Assembly (NCBI GenBank): GCA_041687695.1
Contig: JAWLBL010000010.1
Location: forward strand, 162,676-226,675
Direction: 5' to 3'
DNA length: 64,000 nucleotides
Origin: Myxococcota bacterium
Lineage (GTDB): Bacteria; Myxococcota_A; UBA9042; PHBI01; JAWLBL01
Shown here: piece after piece, positions 41,734 to 56,115 of the stretch
How the letters are laid out: every line of letters begins with the position of its first letter
Numbering within the stretch: the first letter of the stretch is position 1
Made by a program: the position numbers and the translations under genes
Notes under the pieces: model-generated
The model's input: the letters and a program-made list of their open reading frames with translations, nothing else
Told to the model about the DNA's origin: nothing
The model's database searches: none

Positions 41734-43590
41734 ATGCGCCTGTCCCCCGCCGTGTTCGCCGGCCTCAGCCTGGCCCTCACCCTGACCGCCCCGACCGCGG
41801 CCTCGGCCAAGCCGGCCAAGGAGATCGAGGAGCGGGCCGTCCTCACGCTCGAGAAGGGCACCGCGTCGGCCGACTTCGCCACGCGCGCCATGGCCGTCGC
41901 GGGCCTCGGCCACGCGCCCAAGAAGACCGCCCTGCCCTTCGTGCAGGAGGCCCTGAAGGACCAGCAGTGGCAGGTCCGGCGCGCTGCCATCGAGGCCCTG
42001 CTGGCGCTCAAGGAGAAGCAGTGGGACCAGGCCATCGCGGCCGCGATGCGCACCGAGGCCCTGGACGCCGGCGGACAGGTGCTGCCCCTGCTCGAGCCGC
42101 TCGGCACCAAGGCCGCCATGGCCTTGATGGCCAAGACCCTGGGCGACGCCAAGTTCCCGCGCCCCGAGCGCTACGCCCGCGCGCTGGCCGTAAAGGGCGG
42201 CGAGTGGATGGTCGAGGGCTTCCGCATGGGGCTCAAGCTCAAGGGTCCGGCCCGCGACGCCTTCCTGGCCCAGCTCGACAAGCTGCCGCTGCCCGACGCG
42301 CTGCCCCTTTACAAGGACGTCCTGCTCAAGGAGGACGTCGCCGTCCAGAAGCGCGTCCTCGACTACGTGCTGGCCTCGCCCAAGGTCAAGGACCTCGAGT
42401 TCGTCAAGCCGCTGCTCAAGAGCAAGGACGCCGGCGTGGCCTTCCGCGTCGCGGTCGCCCTGGCCGAGCGCGGCGACGCCAGCGGCAAGGCCATCCTGAT
42501 CAAGGCCGTCGGGGGCGAGGCCGCCGACTGGAAGCTGGCCGCGATGAAGGCCCTGAAGGGGATCGCCTCGACCGACCTCTTCGACCTCATCAAGCCCTTC
42601 ACCCAGGAAGACAACGTCGACCTCGAGCTGCTGCGGGCGGCCTACGCCATCTACGCCGCCGCGGGCCACCCGCGCCTCGCCGCCCACCTCGAGAGCCGCA
42701 TCGCCGGCACGGATCTCGAGCGCCGCGCCGCGGCCGTGACGATCCTGGGCAAGGTCAAGGGACGCGAGGCGCTGCCGACCCTGCACCCGCTGCTCGGGGA
42801 CGGCGCCAAGATCATGCGCATCGGCGCCGCCCGCTCCATCGGCGACCTCGGCGACGGGCAGAGCATCCCGCACCTGCGCGACGCGCTGTTCCGCGAGGCG
42901 GACACCGACGTCAAGGTCGCCTTCATCGAGGCGCTGGGCGCCATCGCCGACCCCGAGTGCGTGAGCGTGCTGCGCTTCCAGATCACGGACCCCGAGCTGG
43001 CCGTGCGCGCGGCCGCGGTCAAGGCCATGGGCGGCATCCGGCACGTCTCGGCCGTGCAGGACCTCGAGATCGCGCTGCGCGACCAGGCCCCGGAGCTGCG
43101 CCGCGTGGCGCTCGCGGCCCTGCTGACCATCGACGCGGCCGGCAACCTCGAGCACTACCGGAGCGCGCTCGGCTGGCTCGCCCCCGAGGACGTCGAGGCC
43201 CTCGCCGCCGCCCACGCCCGCGAGTTCCGCCCGCACCTCGAGGCCGCCCTCGCCTCCGATCGCGACGTCATCCGCGCCGCGGCCCTGGCCGCCTCGGCCC
43301 ACCTCGAGGCCGGCGCCCGCGCCGAGCTGCTGTCGTCGGTCGCGCTGACCGGCAACCGGACCGATCTCCGCATCGCCGCGCTGCGCCAGGTGGTCGCCCT
43401 CCAGGGCAAGGGCTCGGCCGAGCTGCTCAAGACGCTTGCGGCCGACAAGGAGCCGCTGGTCAAGGTCGCCGCGATGGAGGCCCTGGGCCGCATGGGCGCC
43501 AAGGACGCGCAGGCGATGCTCTTCGAGGCGACCAACGACACCGACGAGCGGGTCCGCGTGGCCGCCGCCGCCGCCCTGCTGCGTCTGTAG
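41734..43590 (+). CDS. Exported HEAT-repeat protein
   Basis: Sec signal (TAASA); repeated DxxxxVRxAAxxAL units; AGGAGG RBS. Confidence 0.85.
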   Translation: MRLSPAVFAGLSLALTLTAPTAASAKPAKEIEERAVLTLEKGTASADFATRAMAVAGLGHAPKKTALPFVQEALKDQQWQVRRAAIEALLALKEKQWDQAIAAAMRTEALDAGGQVLPLLEPLGTKAAMALMAKTLGDAKFPRPERYARALAVKGGEWMVEGFRMGLKLKGPARDAFLAQLDKLPLPDALPLYKDVLLKEDVAVQKRVLDYVLASPKVKDLEFVKPLLKSKDAGVAFRVAVALAERGDASGKAILIKAVGGEAADWKLAAMKALKGIASTDLFDLIKPFTQEDNVDLELLRAAYAIYAAAGHPRLAAHLESRIAGTDLERRAAAVTILGKVKGREALPTLHPLLGDGAKIMRIGAARSIGDLGDGQSIPHLRDALFREADTDVKVAFIEALGAIADPECVSVLRFQITDPELAVRAAAVKAMGGIRHVSAVQDLEIALRDQAPELRRVALAALLTIDAAGNLEHYRSALGWLAPEDVEALAAAHAREFRPHLEAALASDRDVIRAAALAASAHLEAGARAELLSSVALTGNRTDLRIAALRQVVALQGKGSAELLKTLAADKEPLVKVAAMEALGRMGAKDAQAMLFEATNDTDERVRVAAAAALLRL

Positions 43591-43740
43591 TGACCCGCGG
43601 GCCGCTCCGCGCCGCAGCGAGGCGGCCCCGCGTTGCACGCACCTGTTATTGTGGCGGCCCGCCCCTTCGTCCTATGATGCCTCCGTCCGCTCGCCTCTCG
43701 CTGTCGCACGGTGCGCGAGCCTTTCTTCGGGGAGACGACC

Positions 43741-45471
43741 ATGTCGATTCGTAACGTCGCCTTCGCCGGCGCCGCCGCCCTGCTCGCCGCGGGTCCGCTC
43801 GCCGCGTGCAACGAGGTGCCGGTGGCCAGCCTCGAGAAGAGCTTCACCATGAAGGTGAACATCACCGAGGGGGACCCCAAGCCGGTCAAGATCGACTTCC
43901 TGTGGGTCGTCGACAACTCGACCTCGATGTGCGAGGAGCAGGTCGCCCTCACCAAGAGCTTCCAGACCTTCACGACCGAGCTGAACCGAGCGTTCGACGT
44001 CGACGCCCACGTGGCGGTCACGACCGCGGACGCGCAGTGCGACCCTAACGTGACCAAGAGCTCGGCGCGCGGCGTCTTCAACCGCACGCCGGCCGACGGC
44101 TTCCCGCCGAGCTGCTTCGCGAAGGACCCGCATCCCTGCCTTCAGGACGTCGACTGCAACACGGGGGAAGAGACCACGTGGACCTGTGACGGCGGGGCGC
44201 AGGGCATGGCGGTCTGCGTCGAGAACCCGAACGGCTCTCTCAACTCCGCCTGCACCTATCGCTGCGGCGCCGACGTCCCGGCCAAGCCCTCCGAGGGGGC
44301 CCCCGCCGACGAGATCGCGGCCTACGAGGCGGCGCTCGCCGCGGCCGACCAGGAGTGCCGCGACCAGTTCTCGAAGGGAGAGCTGAACGACTGGTACTGC
44401 CATCGCCCGTCCGGCACGAAGAAGGACTGGGGCTGCATGCTGCCACCGCAGACCAAGCAGTGCCCGACCGACCTCCCGTCCATCCTGCGCACCGAGGAGG
44501 AGCTGAAGCACTTCTCGTGCGTCGCGACCGTCGGCGTCATCCAGGACAAGTGCTTCAAGTACGAGCAGGGCCTGAACACCGCGCTGTGGGCGATCGACCC
44601 CAACGGGCCCAACCCCGATCAGGCGCGCGAGTTCCTTCGGGACGATGCCTATCTGGTCATCATCTTCGTGACCGACGAGGACGACTGCTCCGTGCCGGAG
44701 AACCGCTCGGTGCATGAGGACTTCTACGACACCTGCGGCGTGGCGTCGGCCAAGGCCTACCTCGAGGCCAACGGGCAGGCCGTCACCCTCGACAACCCCG
44801 ATCTGCTCAAGGAAGGCGCGACGGTGGACGCGGGCGGCAAGCTGCATCCCGTGAGCTACTTCATCAACAAGTACAAGGGCCTCAAGAAGGACCCCTCCAA
44901 GGTGATCGTGGCGGCCATCGCGGGCGACTCGACCATCGAGGAGCGTGACGCCAACAAGAAGATCATCCCCGAGAAGCTGGCCCAGAAGATGGCCGAGCGC
45001 GCCGCCTACGTGGCGTCGAAGGGCGACAAGCGCACCTGCCACAAGCAGAGCTCCATCTGTAACTCGGACGTCGGCAAGAGCGACTGGGGCTCGCGCTACC
45101 TCGCCCTGACCGAGGGCTTCGGACCCAACGGCGTCTTCACCAACATCTGCAACGACGCAGGCATCGGCCAGGCCCTCGAGGACATCGCCAACCAGGTCGT
45201 CAGCGTCGTCAACAAGATCTGCCTGCCGCACCCGGTCAAGGACTCGAGCAAGCTGCTCGTGACCCGAACCACCGACCGCATCGATGACACGATGAAGACC
45301 ATCGTGATGGTCGAGGGTGGCGAGGAGTACTACGGATACGACATCGTCGACGGTGGCGAGGAGTGCAAGGTCAACGGCTTCGCCCGCCCTGCCCTGCAGT
45401 TCAAGAAGGCCCCGACGAACAACGAGCAGATCGCCATCGAGTACGAGGCCGCGCCCTTCCAGCGCCTCTGA
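43741..45471 (+). CDS. Cys-rich VWA-domain lipoprotein (CglB-like architecture)
   Basis: Lipobox LAAC; IDFLWVVDNSTSM (MIDAS DxSxS), FLRDDAYLVIIFVTDEDDCS; GGAGA RBS. Confidence 0.8.
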   Translation: MSIRNVAFAGAAALLAAGPLAACNEVPVASLEKSFTMKVNITEGDPKPVKIDFLWVVDNSTSMCEEQVALTKSFQTFTTELNRAFDVDAHVAVTTADAQCDPNVTKSSARGVFNRTPADGFPPSCFAKDPHPCLQDVDCNTGEETTWTCDGGAQGMAVCVENPNGSLNSACTYRCGADVPAKPSEGAPADEIAAYEAALAAADQECRDQFSKGELNDWYCHRPSGTKKDWGCMLPPQTKQCPTDLPSILRTEEELKHFSCVATVGVIQDKCFKYEQGLNTALWAIDPNGPNPDQAREFLRDDAYLVIIFVTDEDDCSVPENRSVHEDFYDTCGVASAKAYLEANGQAVTLDNPDLLKEGATVDAGGKLHPVSYFINKYKGLKKDPSKVIVAAIAGDSTIEERDANKKIIPEKLAQKMAERAAYVASKGDKRTCHKQSSICNSDVGKSDWGSRYLALTEGFGPNGVFTNICNDAGIGQALEDIANQVVSVVNKICLPHPVKDSSKLLVTRTTDRIDDTMKTIVMVEGGEEYYGYDIVDGGEECKVNGFARPALQFKKAPTNNEQIAIEYEAAPFQRL

Positions 45472-45497
45472 CCCCGACCCCAACGAGGCCGGTCGCT

Positions 45498-48158
45498 TTG
45501 CCGGAGCTCCCCTTCGCTTTGCCTCGCGCCCCCCGCGCCGCCTTCGGGCTGGTGCTGGGGGCGCTCGTTTTGACCCTGGTTGCCTGCGCGACGACGCCCA
45601 ACCGGCCCGACGTCCGCACCCTGGCCGCGCTCGAGGTCGTCAACCGCACGCCGGTCGACCTCGAGCTGGCCGTGCGGGGCCGCGTCGAGGGCGTGCTGGC
45701 GCCCGGCGAGCTGCGGGTCGTGCGCTACCTGGTCCCCGGACCGGCGCGGCTCGAGGCGCGCCCGCTGGAGGGCATCGAGCTGCCCGGCGGGCCGCGCGTG
45801 CTGGACGTCGAGCTGGTCGCCGACGGGACGCAGCGCTGGGAGCTGGTCCCGACGCTGGGCGAGCCCTTGCCCGCGCCCGCCGGCTTGGCCGTCTTGACGG
45901 TGCGCAGCCTGCTGGGTCCCGAGCAGGACATGGCGGTGTTCCTGGGCGGACGCCGGCTGGGCAGCGTGCTGGGCGGCGACACGCGCCGCTTCGTCGACCT
46001 GCCTGCCGGGCCCTGGGCGCTGACGGCCCGCAGCACCGACGGCGGGCTCGTCCTGCGTCGGGATCTGGCCGCCGGAGCGGACACCGAGCAGACGTGGGAG
46101 CTCGTCGCCCCCGCGGCCGCGCTGACCGTCGTGAACCAGCTCGAGGAGGCCATCGCCGTTCGCCTGGGCGCCCGAGCGTTGGCCCGCGTCGAGCCGGGCG
46201 CTCGCGTCGACCTGACTGGACTGGCGACCGGGCCGCAGGAGCTGGTCGCCGAGACGCTGGTCACGCGCCGGGTGTATCGCCAGACCCGCGAGCTGCGCGC
46301 CGACTTCCCCGAGACGTGGGTCGTGGGCAGCGGCCTCGCGGCCGTCGAGGTCGAGAACCTGACCCCCGACGAGCTGACCCTCGAGCTGGGCGCCGAGCGG
46401 CGCGTCACCGTGGCCCCGGGGCGGCTGGTCCGCATCGATCAGCTCCCGCCGGGCGAGCTGATGCTCGAGGCGCGCGCCCTCGCGACCGGGCAGGCCCACT
46501 TCGCCGACGTGCTGCTGCGCGGCGGCCAGGTCTATCGGTGGGTCGTGCGGCCCGAGCAGCTGACGTTGCGCGTCGAGAACCGGACGGACCGTCCGCTCGC
46601 GGTCTACGTCGACGATCTAGTGCGCGGTCGGGTGGCGCCAGGGGCCAGCCTGACCGTGCCCGACCTGCCCGGCCGGACGGTGCGGGCCTCGGCGGTCAGC
46701 CTGGACGGCGCGGTCGTGTTCCAGGCCGCGCTGCCGCTGGGCGAGACGGGCGCGGCGACCTGGGTGGTGCGGGCGCCGACGGGGGACCTCGTCGTGACGA
46801 ACGATCGCGACGAGGTGGTGACCGTGTACGTCGAGGCGCGCCGGCTGGGCGAGGTGGCGCCCCGCAGCAGCAAGGTCTTCAGCGGCGTCGAGGTCGGCGA
46901 GTGGCTGGTCGAGGCCGTCGGGCAGCGAACGCGCGTCGTTCATCGGGCGCGCGCGCGCATCGCGGCCGAGCAGGTCACGCAGGTCGCCGTTCGCGACACG
47001 CGCGCGTTCGTCACCGTCGTGAACCTGACGGGCGAAGCGCTGGTGCCGGGCGGCGTCCTGGCGCAGCAGCGTGACGAGATCGGCCCCGGCGAGCGCGTGA
47101 CCTTCGCCGTCGACAGCGGCGAGCAGGTCCTGCAGCTGCTGGGGCGCGCGACCAACGCCGTCTACACGCGCCTCTTCGATCTGGCGCCGCCGGACGGGGT
47201 GGCCGCGGACGTGGCGTCGAGCGGGGTCGTCCTGTGGGAGGTCCAGGCGCCGCGCGGCGCGCTGATGGTGACCAGCGCGCTGGCCGAGAGCGCGGTCGTC
47301 TCGCTCGAGGGTGTCGCCATCGGCATCGTCTCGGCCGGCCAGAGCGAGACCTTCGCGCCGGTGGCGGCCGGACGGCGTGTCGTGCAGGCCCAGGGGCTGG
47401 TCACCGGGCGTGTCATCGAGGCGCGGCTGGACATCCCCGCCGAGGGACAGGCCCACTGGGAGCTGGCGCCGGTCCTGTCGACCCTCATCATCGAGAACCG
47501 CACGGCCGAGGCGCTGCAGATCCACCTCGACGGGGCGCCGCACAACACGATCGTCCCGGGCACCGCGATGCGCTTTCTGGGGCTGGCGCCCGGCGCGCGA
47601 CAGGTGCTGGCGGTCGGCGAGCTCAGCGGCACGCGTTACCCGTACGCCGTGCAGATGGCCCAGGAGGCGCACGAGGTGCTGACCATCCTGCCGCGTCTGG
47701 GGTCGCTGCGGGTCGACAACCAGTCGGGAGAGGACGTGGCGGTCTGGGCCGGCGGCGAGCAGCTGGCCGTCATCGCGGCCGGCGCGCCCGTGACCTCGGT
47801 GCCCCTGCCCACCGGACGCCAGGCCGTGCGCCTCGTGCGGCAGTCCAGCGACGCGGTGACGGCGCTGACGCTGGAGGTCCTGGCAGGCCAGGCCGTGCAC
47901 CTGCCCGTGCTGCCCGCGCTGGGCCGCCTCGTGGTCGTCAACCGCGCCGGCTTCCAGACGACGCTGTGGGTCGGCGCGCGACGGGTCGGCGTCCTCGAGC
48001 CGGGCTCCAGCCTCATCCTGGACGACCTGTCGTCGGGTCCGACGCAGCTGCGCGCGGTCGGTCCGGCCGGCGTCGACACGCACTTCGAGCAGCGGACGCT
48101 GATGGCCGGCGAGACCTCGACGTGGGTCCTCGAGGCGCTCCCGTTGCCGCAGCGGTGA
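45498..48158 (+). CDS. Lipoprotein made of ~11 tandem ~75-80 aa beta-sandwich (PEGA/Ig-like) repeats
   Basis: Lipobox LVAC; repeat LxVxNxT...VxPG...LxxG...WxL/V. The TTG start is uncertain. Confidence 0.72.
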   Translation: MPELPFALPRAPRAAFGLVLGALVLTLVACATTPNRPDVRTLAALEVVNRTPVDLELAVRGRVEGVLAPGELRVVRYLVPGPARLEARPLEGIELPGGPRVLDVELVADGTQRWELVPTLGEPLPAPAGLAVLTVRSLLGPEQDMAVFLGGRRLGSVLGGDTRRFVDLPAGPWALTARSTDGGLVLRRDLAAGADTEQTWELVAPAAALTVVNQLEEAIAVRLGARALARVEPGARVDLTGLATGPQELVAETLVTRRVYRQTRELRADFPETWVVGSGLAAVEVENLTPDELTLELGAERRVTVAPGRLVRIDQLPPGELMLEARALATGQAHFADVLLRGGQVYRWVVRPEQLTLRVENRTDRPLAVYVDDLVRGRVAPGASLTVPDLPGRTVRASAVSLDGAVVFQAALPLGETGAATWVVRAPTGDLVVTNDRDEVVTVYVEARRLGEVAPRSSKVFSGVEVGEWLVEAVGQRTRVVHRARARIAAEQVTQVAVRDTRAFVTVVNLTGEALVPGGVLAQQRDEIGPGERVTFAVDSGEQVLQLLGRATNAVYTRLFDLAPPDGVAADVASSGVVLWEVQAPRGALMVTSALAESAVVSLEGVAIGIVSAGQSETFAPVAAGRRVVQAQGLVTGRVIEARLDIPAEGQAHWELAPVLSTLIIENRTAEALQIHLDGAPHNTIVPGTAMRFLGLAPGARQVLAVGELSGTRYPYAVQMAQEAHEVLTILPRLGSLRVDNQSGEDVAVWAGGEQLAVIAAGAPVTSVPLPTGRQAVRLVRQSSDAVTALTLEVLAGQAVHLPVLPALGRLVVVNRAGFQTTLWVGARRVGVLEPGSSLILDDLSSGPTQLRAVGPAGVDTHFEQRTLMAGETSTWVLEALPLPQR

Positions 48159-48238
48159 AGAAAGTCTAGCGATTCCGAGGGCATGGGGCGCCGTTTGCGG
48201 TGGCCCAACAAGGTCTGCCGCAAAATGTTCCCGGTCGG

Positions 48239-48266
48239 CTTGACTGCCCTCGACGCGGACTTAAGT
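48239..48266 (+). promoter_or_regulatory. Possible heat-shock (RpoH-like) promoter of dnaK
   Basis: CTTG-N17-CTTAAGT resembles CTTG-N17-CYTATNT. It can also be read as TTGACT-16-TAAGTT. Confidence 0.45.
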
Positions 48267-48417
48267 TCCCGCCCGCGAGCGACCCGACGCTGCTCACGAG
48301 CGTTGGTCGGGGGGCTCGGCGTCTGCGGCTCCCAATGTCTGCGGGGTCGCGCAACCAGGCTTCACTACCGGGCGCTTCGGCGTCCATTTGGCACCACCTG
48401 CATGTTGGGGGACTACG

Positions 48418-50319
<1,902 letters not shown>

Positions 50320-50397
50320 GCGATTCGAGGGACTTCGGGCCGCCACGCGCGGCCCGGAGTTTGGCCGTGCCCTCGCGATTCGCTAAGGTGGCGCCCG

Positions 50398-50742
50398 ATG
50401 AACACCACGTCGGGTCGCCACCTTTTCTCGTTCGAAGGCCTGCTGCGCGCGCGTCGCGGGGCGCTGGCCGGACTCCTCGCCCTGCTCGCCCTGGCCGCCT
50501 GCGGCTCGGGGCCGGGATCGGGGCTGCCCTGCGAGAGCACCGAGGAGTGCGAGCCGGGCGAGACGTGCGTCCTGCGCTCGTGCGGCGCCCCCGAGGCGAC
50601 GTGCGAGGTCGAGTGCGTCGACGACGCCGACTGCGCGGGCGGGCTGGACTCGAGTCCGTCGGGCGCCGTGTGCGTGGTGGCCGACACGGCGGCCTGCCCA
50701 CGCGAGGGGCAGCCGACCGTGCTGAACTACTGCGGGCAGTAG
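50398..50742 (+). CDS. Small Cys-rich lipoprotein
   Basis: Lipobox LAAC; CxxxxECxxGxxC and CxxDxDC motifs. Confidence 0.65.
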   Translation: MNTTSGRHLFSFEGLLRARRGALAGLLALLALAACGSGPGSGLPCESTEECEPGETCVLRSCGAPEATCEVECVDDADCAGGLDSSPSGAVCVVADTAACPREGQPTVLNYCGQ

Positions 50743-50748
50743 CGCCGG

Positions 50749-52290
50749 TCAGCCCGCCGCGTCGGCCGCGGCCAGCAGCGTCCCGTCGGCGACGAGGGCG
50801 CGGGCGGCGGTGAAGTCCTTGTACATCGGGCGATCGTCGACCAGCGGCGGGACGCGCTCGCGCAGCGCGGTGATCGCGCGCGCGACGCCGACGCCCGGCG
50901 CCATCCCGCGCAGGTGGATGCCCTGCGAGGCGGCGAAGGCCTCGATGGCCAGGACGTGCTCGAGGTGGTCGACCACGGTCGCGAACGAGCGGGCCGAGGT
51001 CATGCCCATCGAGACGTGATCCTCGCGGTCGGCCGAGGTGGGGATCGTGTCGACGCTGTTGGGCATCGACAGGGCCTTGGCCTCGCTGACCAGGCTGGCG
51101 GCGGTCACCTGGGCCATCATGAAGCCCGAGTTCAGGCCCGACTTGGGCGTCAGGAAGGCCGGCAGGCGGCGGTTGAGGTGCGGGTCGACCAGCTGCGCGA
51201 GGCGGCGCTCGGCGATGGAGGCCAGATCGGTGACGGCCAGGGTCGCGGCGTCGAGGGCCGCGGCGACGGGCTGGCCGTGGAAGTTGCCGCCGGACTGAAG
51301 GCGTCCGTCCGGCAGGACCAGCGGGTTGTCGGTGGCCGAGTCGAGCTCGATGCTGAGCACGCGGCGCACGTAGCCGAGCATGTCGCGCGTCGCCCCGTGG
51401 ACCTGGGGCATGCAGCGCAGCGAGTAGGCGTCCTGGACCTCGTGGCAGTCGACGTGGCTGCGGTTGATCTCGCTGTCGGCCAGCAGCGCGCGCAGGTGGG
51501 CGGCCGAGGCGAGGGCCCCGGGGTGGGGGCGCGCCTCGACGACGGCGGCGTCGAACGGACGGACCGAGCCCATCAGCGCCTCGAGGGTCATGGCGCCGGT
51601 GACGTCGGCCGTGGCGGCGAGGCGCTCGGCGCGGATGAGGGCCAGCGTGCCGACGGCCAGCATGCCCTGGGTGCCGTTGATGAGGGCGAGGCCCTCCTTG
51701 GCGGCCAGGGTCAGCGGCTCGAGGCCGACGCGGGCGAGCGCGTCGCCGCCGGACAGGATCTCGCCGTCCAGCTCGGCCTCGCCCTCTCCGATGAGGACGA
51801 GCGCGAGGTGCGCGAGCGGCGCGAGGTCGCCCGAGGCGCCGACCGAGCCCTTGCACGGGATGAGCGGGTGGACGCGGCGGTTGAGCAGGGTGACGAGGCG
51901 CTCGACGACCTGCTCGCGCACCCCCGAGTAGCCGAGGGCCAGGACGTGGGCGCGGAGCAGCATCATGGCGCGCGTCGCGGCGCGGTCGAGGGGCTGGCCG
52001 ACCCCCACGGCGTGCGACAGGATGAGGTTGCGCTGCAGCTGGGAGAGCTCGGCGGCGGGGATGCGGACCTCGGCGAGGGCGCCGAAGCCCGTGTTGATGC
52101 CGTAGGTCGCGCCGGCGCCGGCGACCAGGAACGAGTCGACCACGGCGCGGGCCTTGGCGATGGCGGCGCGGCCGCGCTCGCCCAGGGCGACCGGGGCGTC
52201 GCCGACGGCGACCGACCAGACGGCCTCGGGTGACAGGGAGTCGCCGACGACGACGGGGGCTGGGGAGGCGGAGGAGACGGGGGCGCTCAT
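50749..52290 (-). CDS. hutH: Histidine ammonia-lyase
   Basis: [20 protein letters not shown] (MIO), [14 protein letters not shown] and EDHVSMG. Confidence 0.96.
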   Translation of the reverse strand: MSAPVSSASPAPVVVGDSLSPEAVWSVAVGDAPVALGERGRAAIAKARAVVDSFLVAGAGATYGINTGFGALAEVRIPAAELSQLQRNLILSHAVGVGQPLDRAATRAMMLLRAHVLALGYSGVREQVVERLVTLLNRRVHPLIPCKGSVGASGDLAPLAHLALVLIGEGEAELDGEILSGGDALARVGLEPLTLAAKEGLALINGTQGMLAVGTLALIRAERLAATADVTGAMTLEALMGSVRPFDAAVVEARPHPGALASAAHLRALLADSEINRSHVDCHEVQDAYSLRCMPQVHGATRDMLGYVRRVLSIELDSATDNPLVLPDGRLQSGGNFHGQPVAAALDAATLAVTDLASIAERRLAQLVDPHLNRRLPAFLTPKSGLNSGFMMAQVTAASLVSEAKALSMPNSVDTIPTSADREDHVSMGMTSARSFATVVDHLEHVLAIEAFAASQGIHLRGMAPGVGVARAITALRERVPPLVDDRPMYKDFTAARALVADGTLLAAADAAG

Positions 52291-52428
52291 GCGGCGGGAG
52301 GATAGCCGGAACCGAAGTCGGAGCAAGCGTCCGCTGGCCGTGGCGCCCGCGCGGGGCGGGGGAAATGGCCTCGACGGGCGGCGGGCGTTCGCGTTATGAC
52401 CCCGGCGTCTCGGAACCCGGAGGACTCC

Positions 52429-53469
52429 TTGAAGCGTATCGCGGTGATCGGTGGCGACGGCATCGGACCCGAGGTGGTCCGCGAAGGCATCCGGGTCCTC
52501 GAGGCCGCGGCCGGGCCGGACGCGTTCCGCTTCGAGCACCTGCCGTACTCGGCGGACTACACGCTCGAGACGGGCGTCACCATCCCCGACGGCGAGTTCG
52601 ACCGGTGGCGGCGCGAGTACGACGCCATCTTCCTGGGCGCGCTGGGCGACCCGCGCATCCCCGACATGCGGCACGGGCGCGACATCCTGCTCGGCGCGCG
52701 CATGCAGCTGGATCTGTACATCAACCTGCGCCCCGTCAAGCTGCTGCACGACGACCTGTCGACCCTCAAGGGCCGCCGCGTCGGCGACATCGACTACGTC
52801 ATCTTCCGCGAGAACACCGAGGGCCTGTACCTGGGCGTCGGCGGGTGCCTCCGCCCCGGGACCCCGGACGAGGTGGCGGTCAGCGAGATGATCGCCACGT
52901 ACAAGGGCGTCGAGCGCATCACCCGCAAGGCCTTCGAGTTCTGCCGCGAGCACGGCAAGCGGCGCATCTGCCACGCGGTCAAGCACAACGCCATCCCCCA
53001 CGCCCACGGGCTGTGGAACCGGGTGTTCAAGCAGGTCGCGACCGAGTTCCCGGACGTCGAGGCCACGCAGCTGTACGCCGACGTCGCGGCCATGGAGCTG
53101 GTCCGCGACCCGACGCGCTTCGACGTCGTGCTCGCCTCGAACTTCCTGGGCGACATCTTGAGCGACCTCGGCGCCGGGACGGTCGGCGGGTTGGGCATGG
53201 CGCCCAGCGCCAACATCCACCCGGGCCAGGTCTCGCTCTTCGAGCCGGTGCACGGCTCCGCCCCCGACATCGCCGGGCAGGGCCGCGCCAACCCCTTCGC
53301 CGCCATCCTCACGGCCGCCATGATGGCCCGCTTCCTGGGCCTCGCCGACGAGGCGACGCGCATCGAGCGCGCCGTCGAGGGCGCCATCGCCGCTGGCGAG
53401 ACGACGCCGGACGTCGGCGGCCGCCTGGGCACGGTCGCCGCCGCGGACGCGGTCCTGCGTCGGCTCTGA
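52429..53469 (+). CDS. leuB: Isocitrate/isopropylmalate dehydrogenase family (LeuB-like)
   Basis: [29 protein letters not shown] and [16 protein letters not shown] start behind GGAGGA. Confidence 0.8.
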   Translation: MKRIAVIGGDGIGPEVVREGIRVLEAAAGPDAFRFEHLPYSADYTLETGVTIPDGEFDRWRREYDAIFLGALGDPRIPDMRHGRDILLGARMQLDLYINLRPVKLLHDDLSTLKGRRVGDIDYVIFRENTEGLYLGVGGCLRPGTPDEVAVSEMIATYKGVERITRKAFEFCREHGKRRICHAVKHNAIPHAHGLWNRVFKQVATEFPDVEATQLYADVAAMELVRDPTRFDVVLASNFLGDILSDLGAGTVGGLGMAPSANIHPGQVSLFEPVHGSAPDIAGQGRANPFAAILTAAMMARFLGLADEATRIERAVEGAIAAGETTPDVGGRLGTVAAADAVLRRL

Positions 53470-53593
53470 TCCCGCGCGGCGTGGCCGTCCCCTCCCCCGC
53501 GCCGCGCACAGCTTGCCCCAGCTTGGGCCTCACCGCCTCGCGTGGTATGACACGCGGGCCATCGACCCTCCCCCCTCCCGCCGAGGAACGGAC

Positions 53594-54784
53594 ATGAAGC
53601 GACTCGCCAAGGACATCGTCATCGTCGCCGCCAAGCGGACCCCCTTCGGGACCTACGGCGGGAGCCTCAAGGATCTGTCCGCGACCGACCTGGGCGTCAT
53701 CGCCTCGAAGGCGGCGCTCGAGCAGGCGGGCGCCCGCCCCGAGGACGTCGACGCGGTCGTCTTCGGCAACGTCGTGCAGACCTCGGGCGACGCCATCTAC
53801 CTGGCCCGCCACATCGGCCTCAAGAGCGGCGTCCCGCAGCACGTCGGCGGCCTCACGGTCAACCGCCTGTGCGGCTCGGGCTTCCAGGCGGTCGTCAACG
53901 CGGCCCAGGAGATCCTGACCGAGCAGGCCGAGACGGTGCTGTGCGGCGGCGCCGAGTCGATGAGCCAGGCCCCGCACGTCATCCGCGGGGCTCGTTGGGG
54001 CCTGCGGCTGGGTCAGGCCCCGATGACCGACTACCTCACGGAGTCGCTGACCGACACCTTCGCCGGGATGCCGATGAGCAGCACGGGCGAGAAGCTGGCG
54101 GCCCAGTACGAGGTCTCGCGCCAGGACTCTGACGTCCTCGCCGCCCTCAGCCAGCAGCGCTTCGCGGCCGCCCAGGCCGAGGGACGCCTCGCCGACGAGC
54201 TGACGTCCGTCACGATCCAGGGCCGCAAGGGCGACGTCGTCGTCGACAAGGACGAGCACAACCGCCCCGAGACGACGGTCGAGATCCTGGCCAAGCTCCG
54301 CCCGGCCTTCGGCAAGGACGGCATCATCACGGCCGGCAACGCCTCGGGCATCAACGACGGCGCGGCCGCCCTGCTGGTCACGACGGCGGACAACGCCGCC
54401 GCCAAGGGCTGGACGCCGCTGGCGCGCCTGGTCTCGTGGGGGGTCACCGGCTGCGACCCGACCATCATGGGCATCGGCCCGGTCGGCGCCATCAAGAACG
54501 CGCTGAAGATGGCCGACCTGTCACTGGCCGACATGGATCTGGTCGAGGTCAACGAGGCCTTCGCGCCCCAGTACATCGCCGTCGAGCGCGCCCTCGGGCT
54601 CGACCGCGACAAGACGAACGTCAACGGCGGCGCCATCGCGGTCGGCCACCCGCTCGCCGCGTCGGGCGCGCGCATCACGGCGCACCTGACCTACGAGCTG
54701 CGCCGCCGCGGCGCCCGCCTGGGCGTCGGATCGGCCTGCATCGGCGGCGGCCAGGGCATCGCCCTCGTGCTCGAGGCGGTCTGA
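53594..54784 (+). CDS. Acetyl-CoA C-acyltransferase (thiolase)
   Basis: NRLCGSG, NEAFA, GHPLAASG and CIGGGQG. Confidence 0.94.
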   Translation: MKRLAKDIVIVAAKRTPFGTYGGSLKDLSATDLGVIASKAALEQAGARPEDVDAVVFGNVVQTSGDAIYLARHIGLKSGVPQHVGGLTVNRLCGSGFQAVVNAAQEILTEQAETVLCGGAESMSQAPHVIRGARWGLRLGQAPMTDYLTESLTDTFAGMPMSSTGEKLAAQYEVSRQDSDVLAALSQQRFAAAQAEGRLADELTSVTIQGRKGDVVVDKDEHNRPETTVEILAKLRPAFGKDGIITAGNASGINDGAAALLVTTADNAAAKGWTPLARLVSWGVTGCDPTIMGIGPVGAIKNALKMADLSLADMDLVEVNEAFAPQYIAVERALGLDRDKTNVNGGAIAVGHPLAASGARITAHLTYELRRRGARLGVGSACIGGGQGIALVLEAV

Positions 54785-54787
54785 GCC

Positions 54788-56071
<1,284 letters not shown>

Positions 56072-56115
56072 CCTCGCGTCCAGGTCTACGCGCCCACCGA
56101 GCCGGCCGCCGAAGC

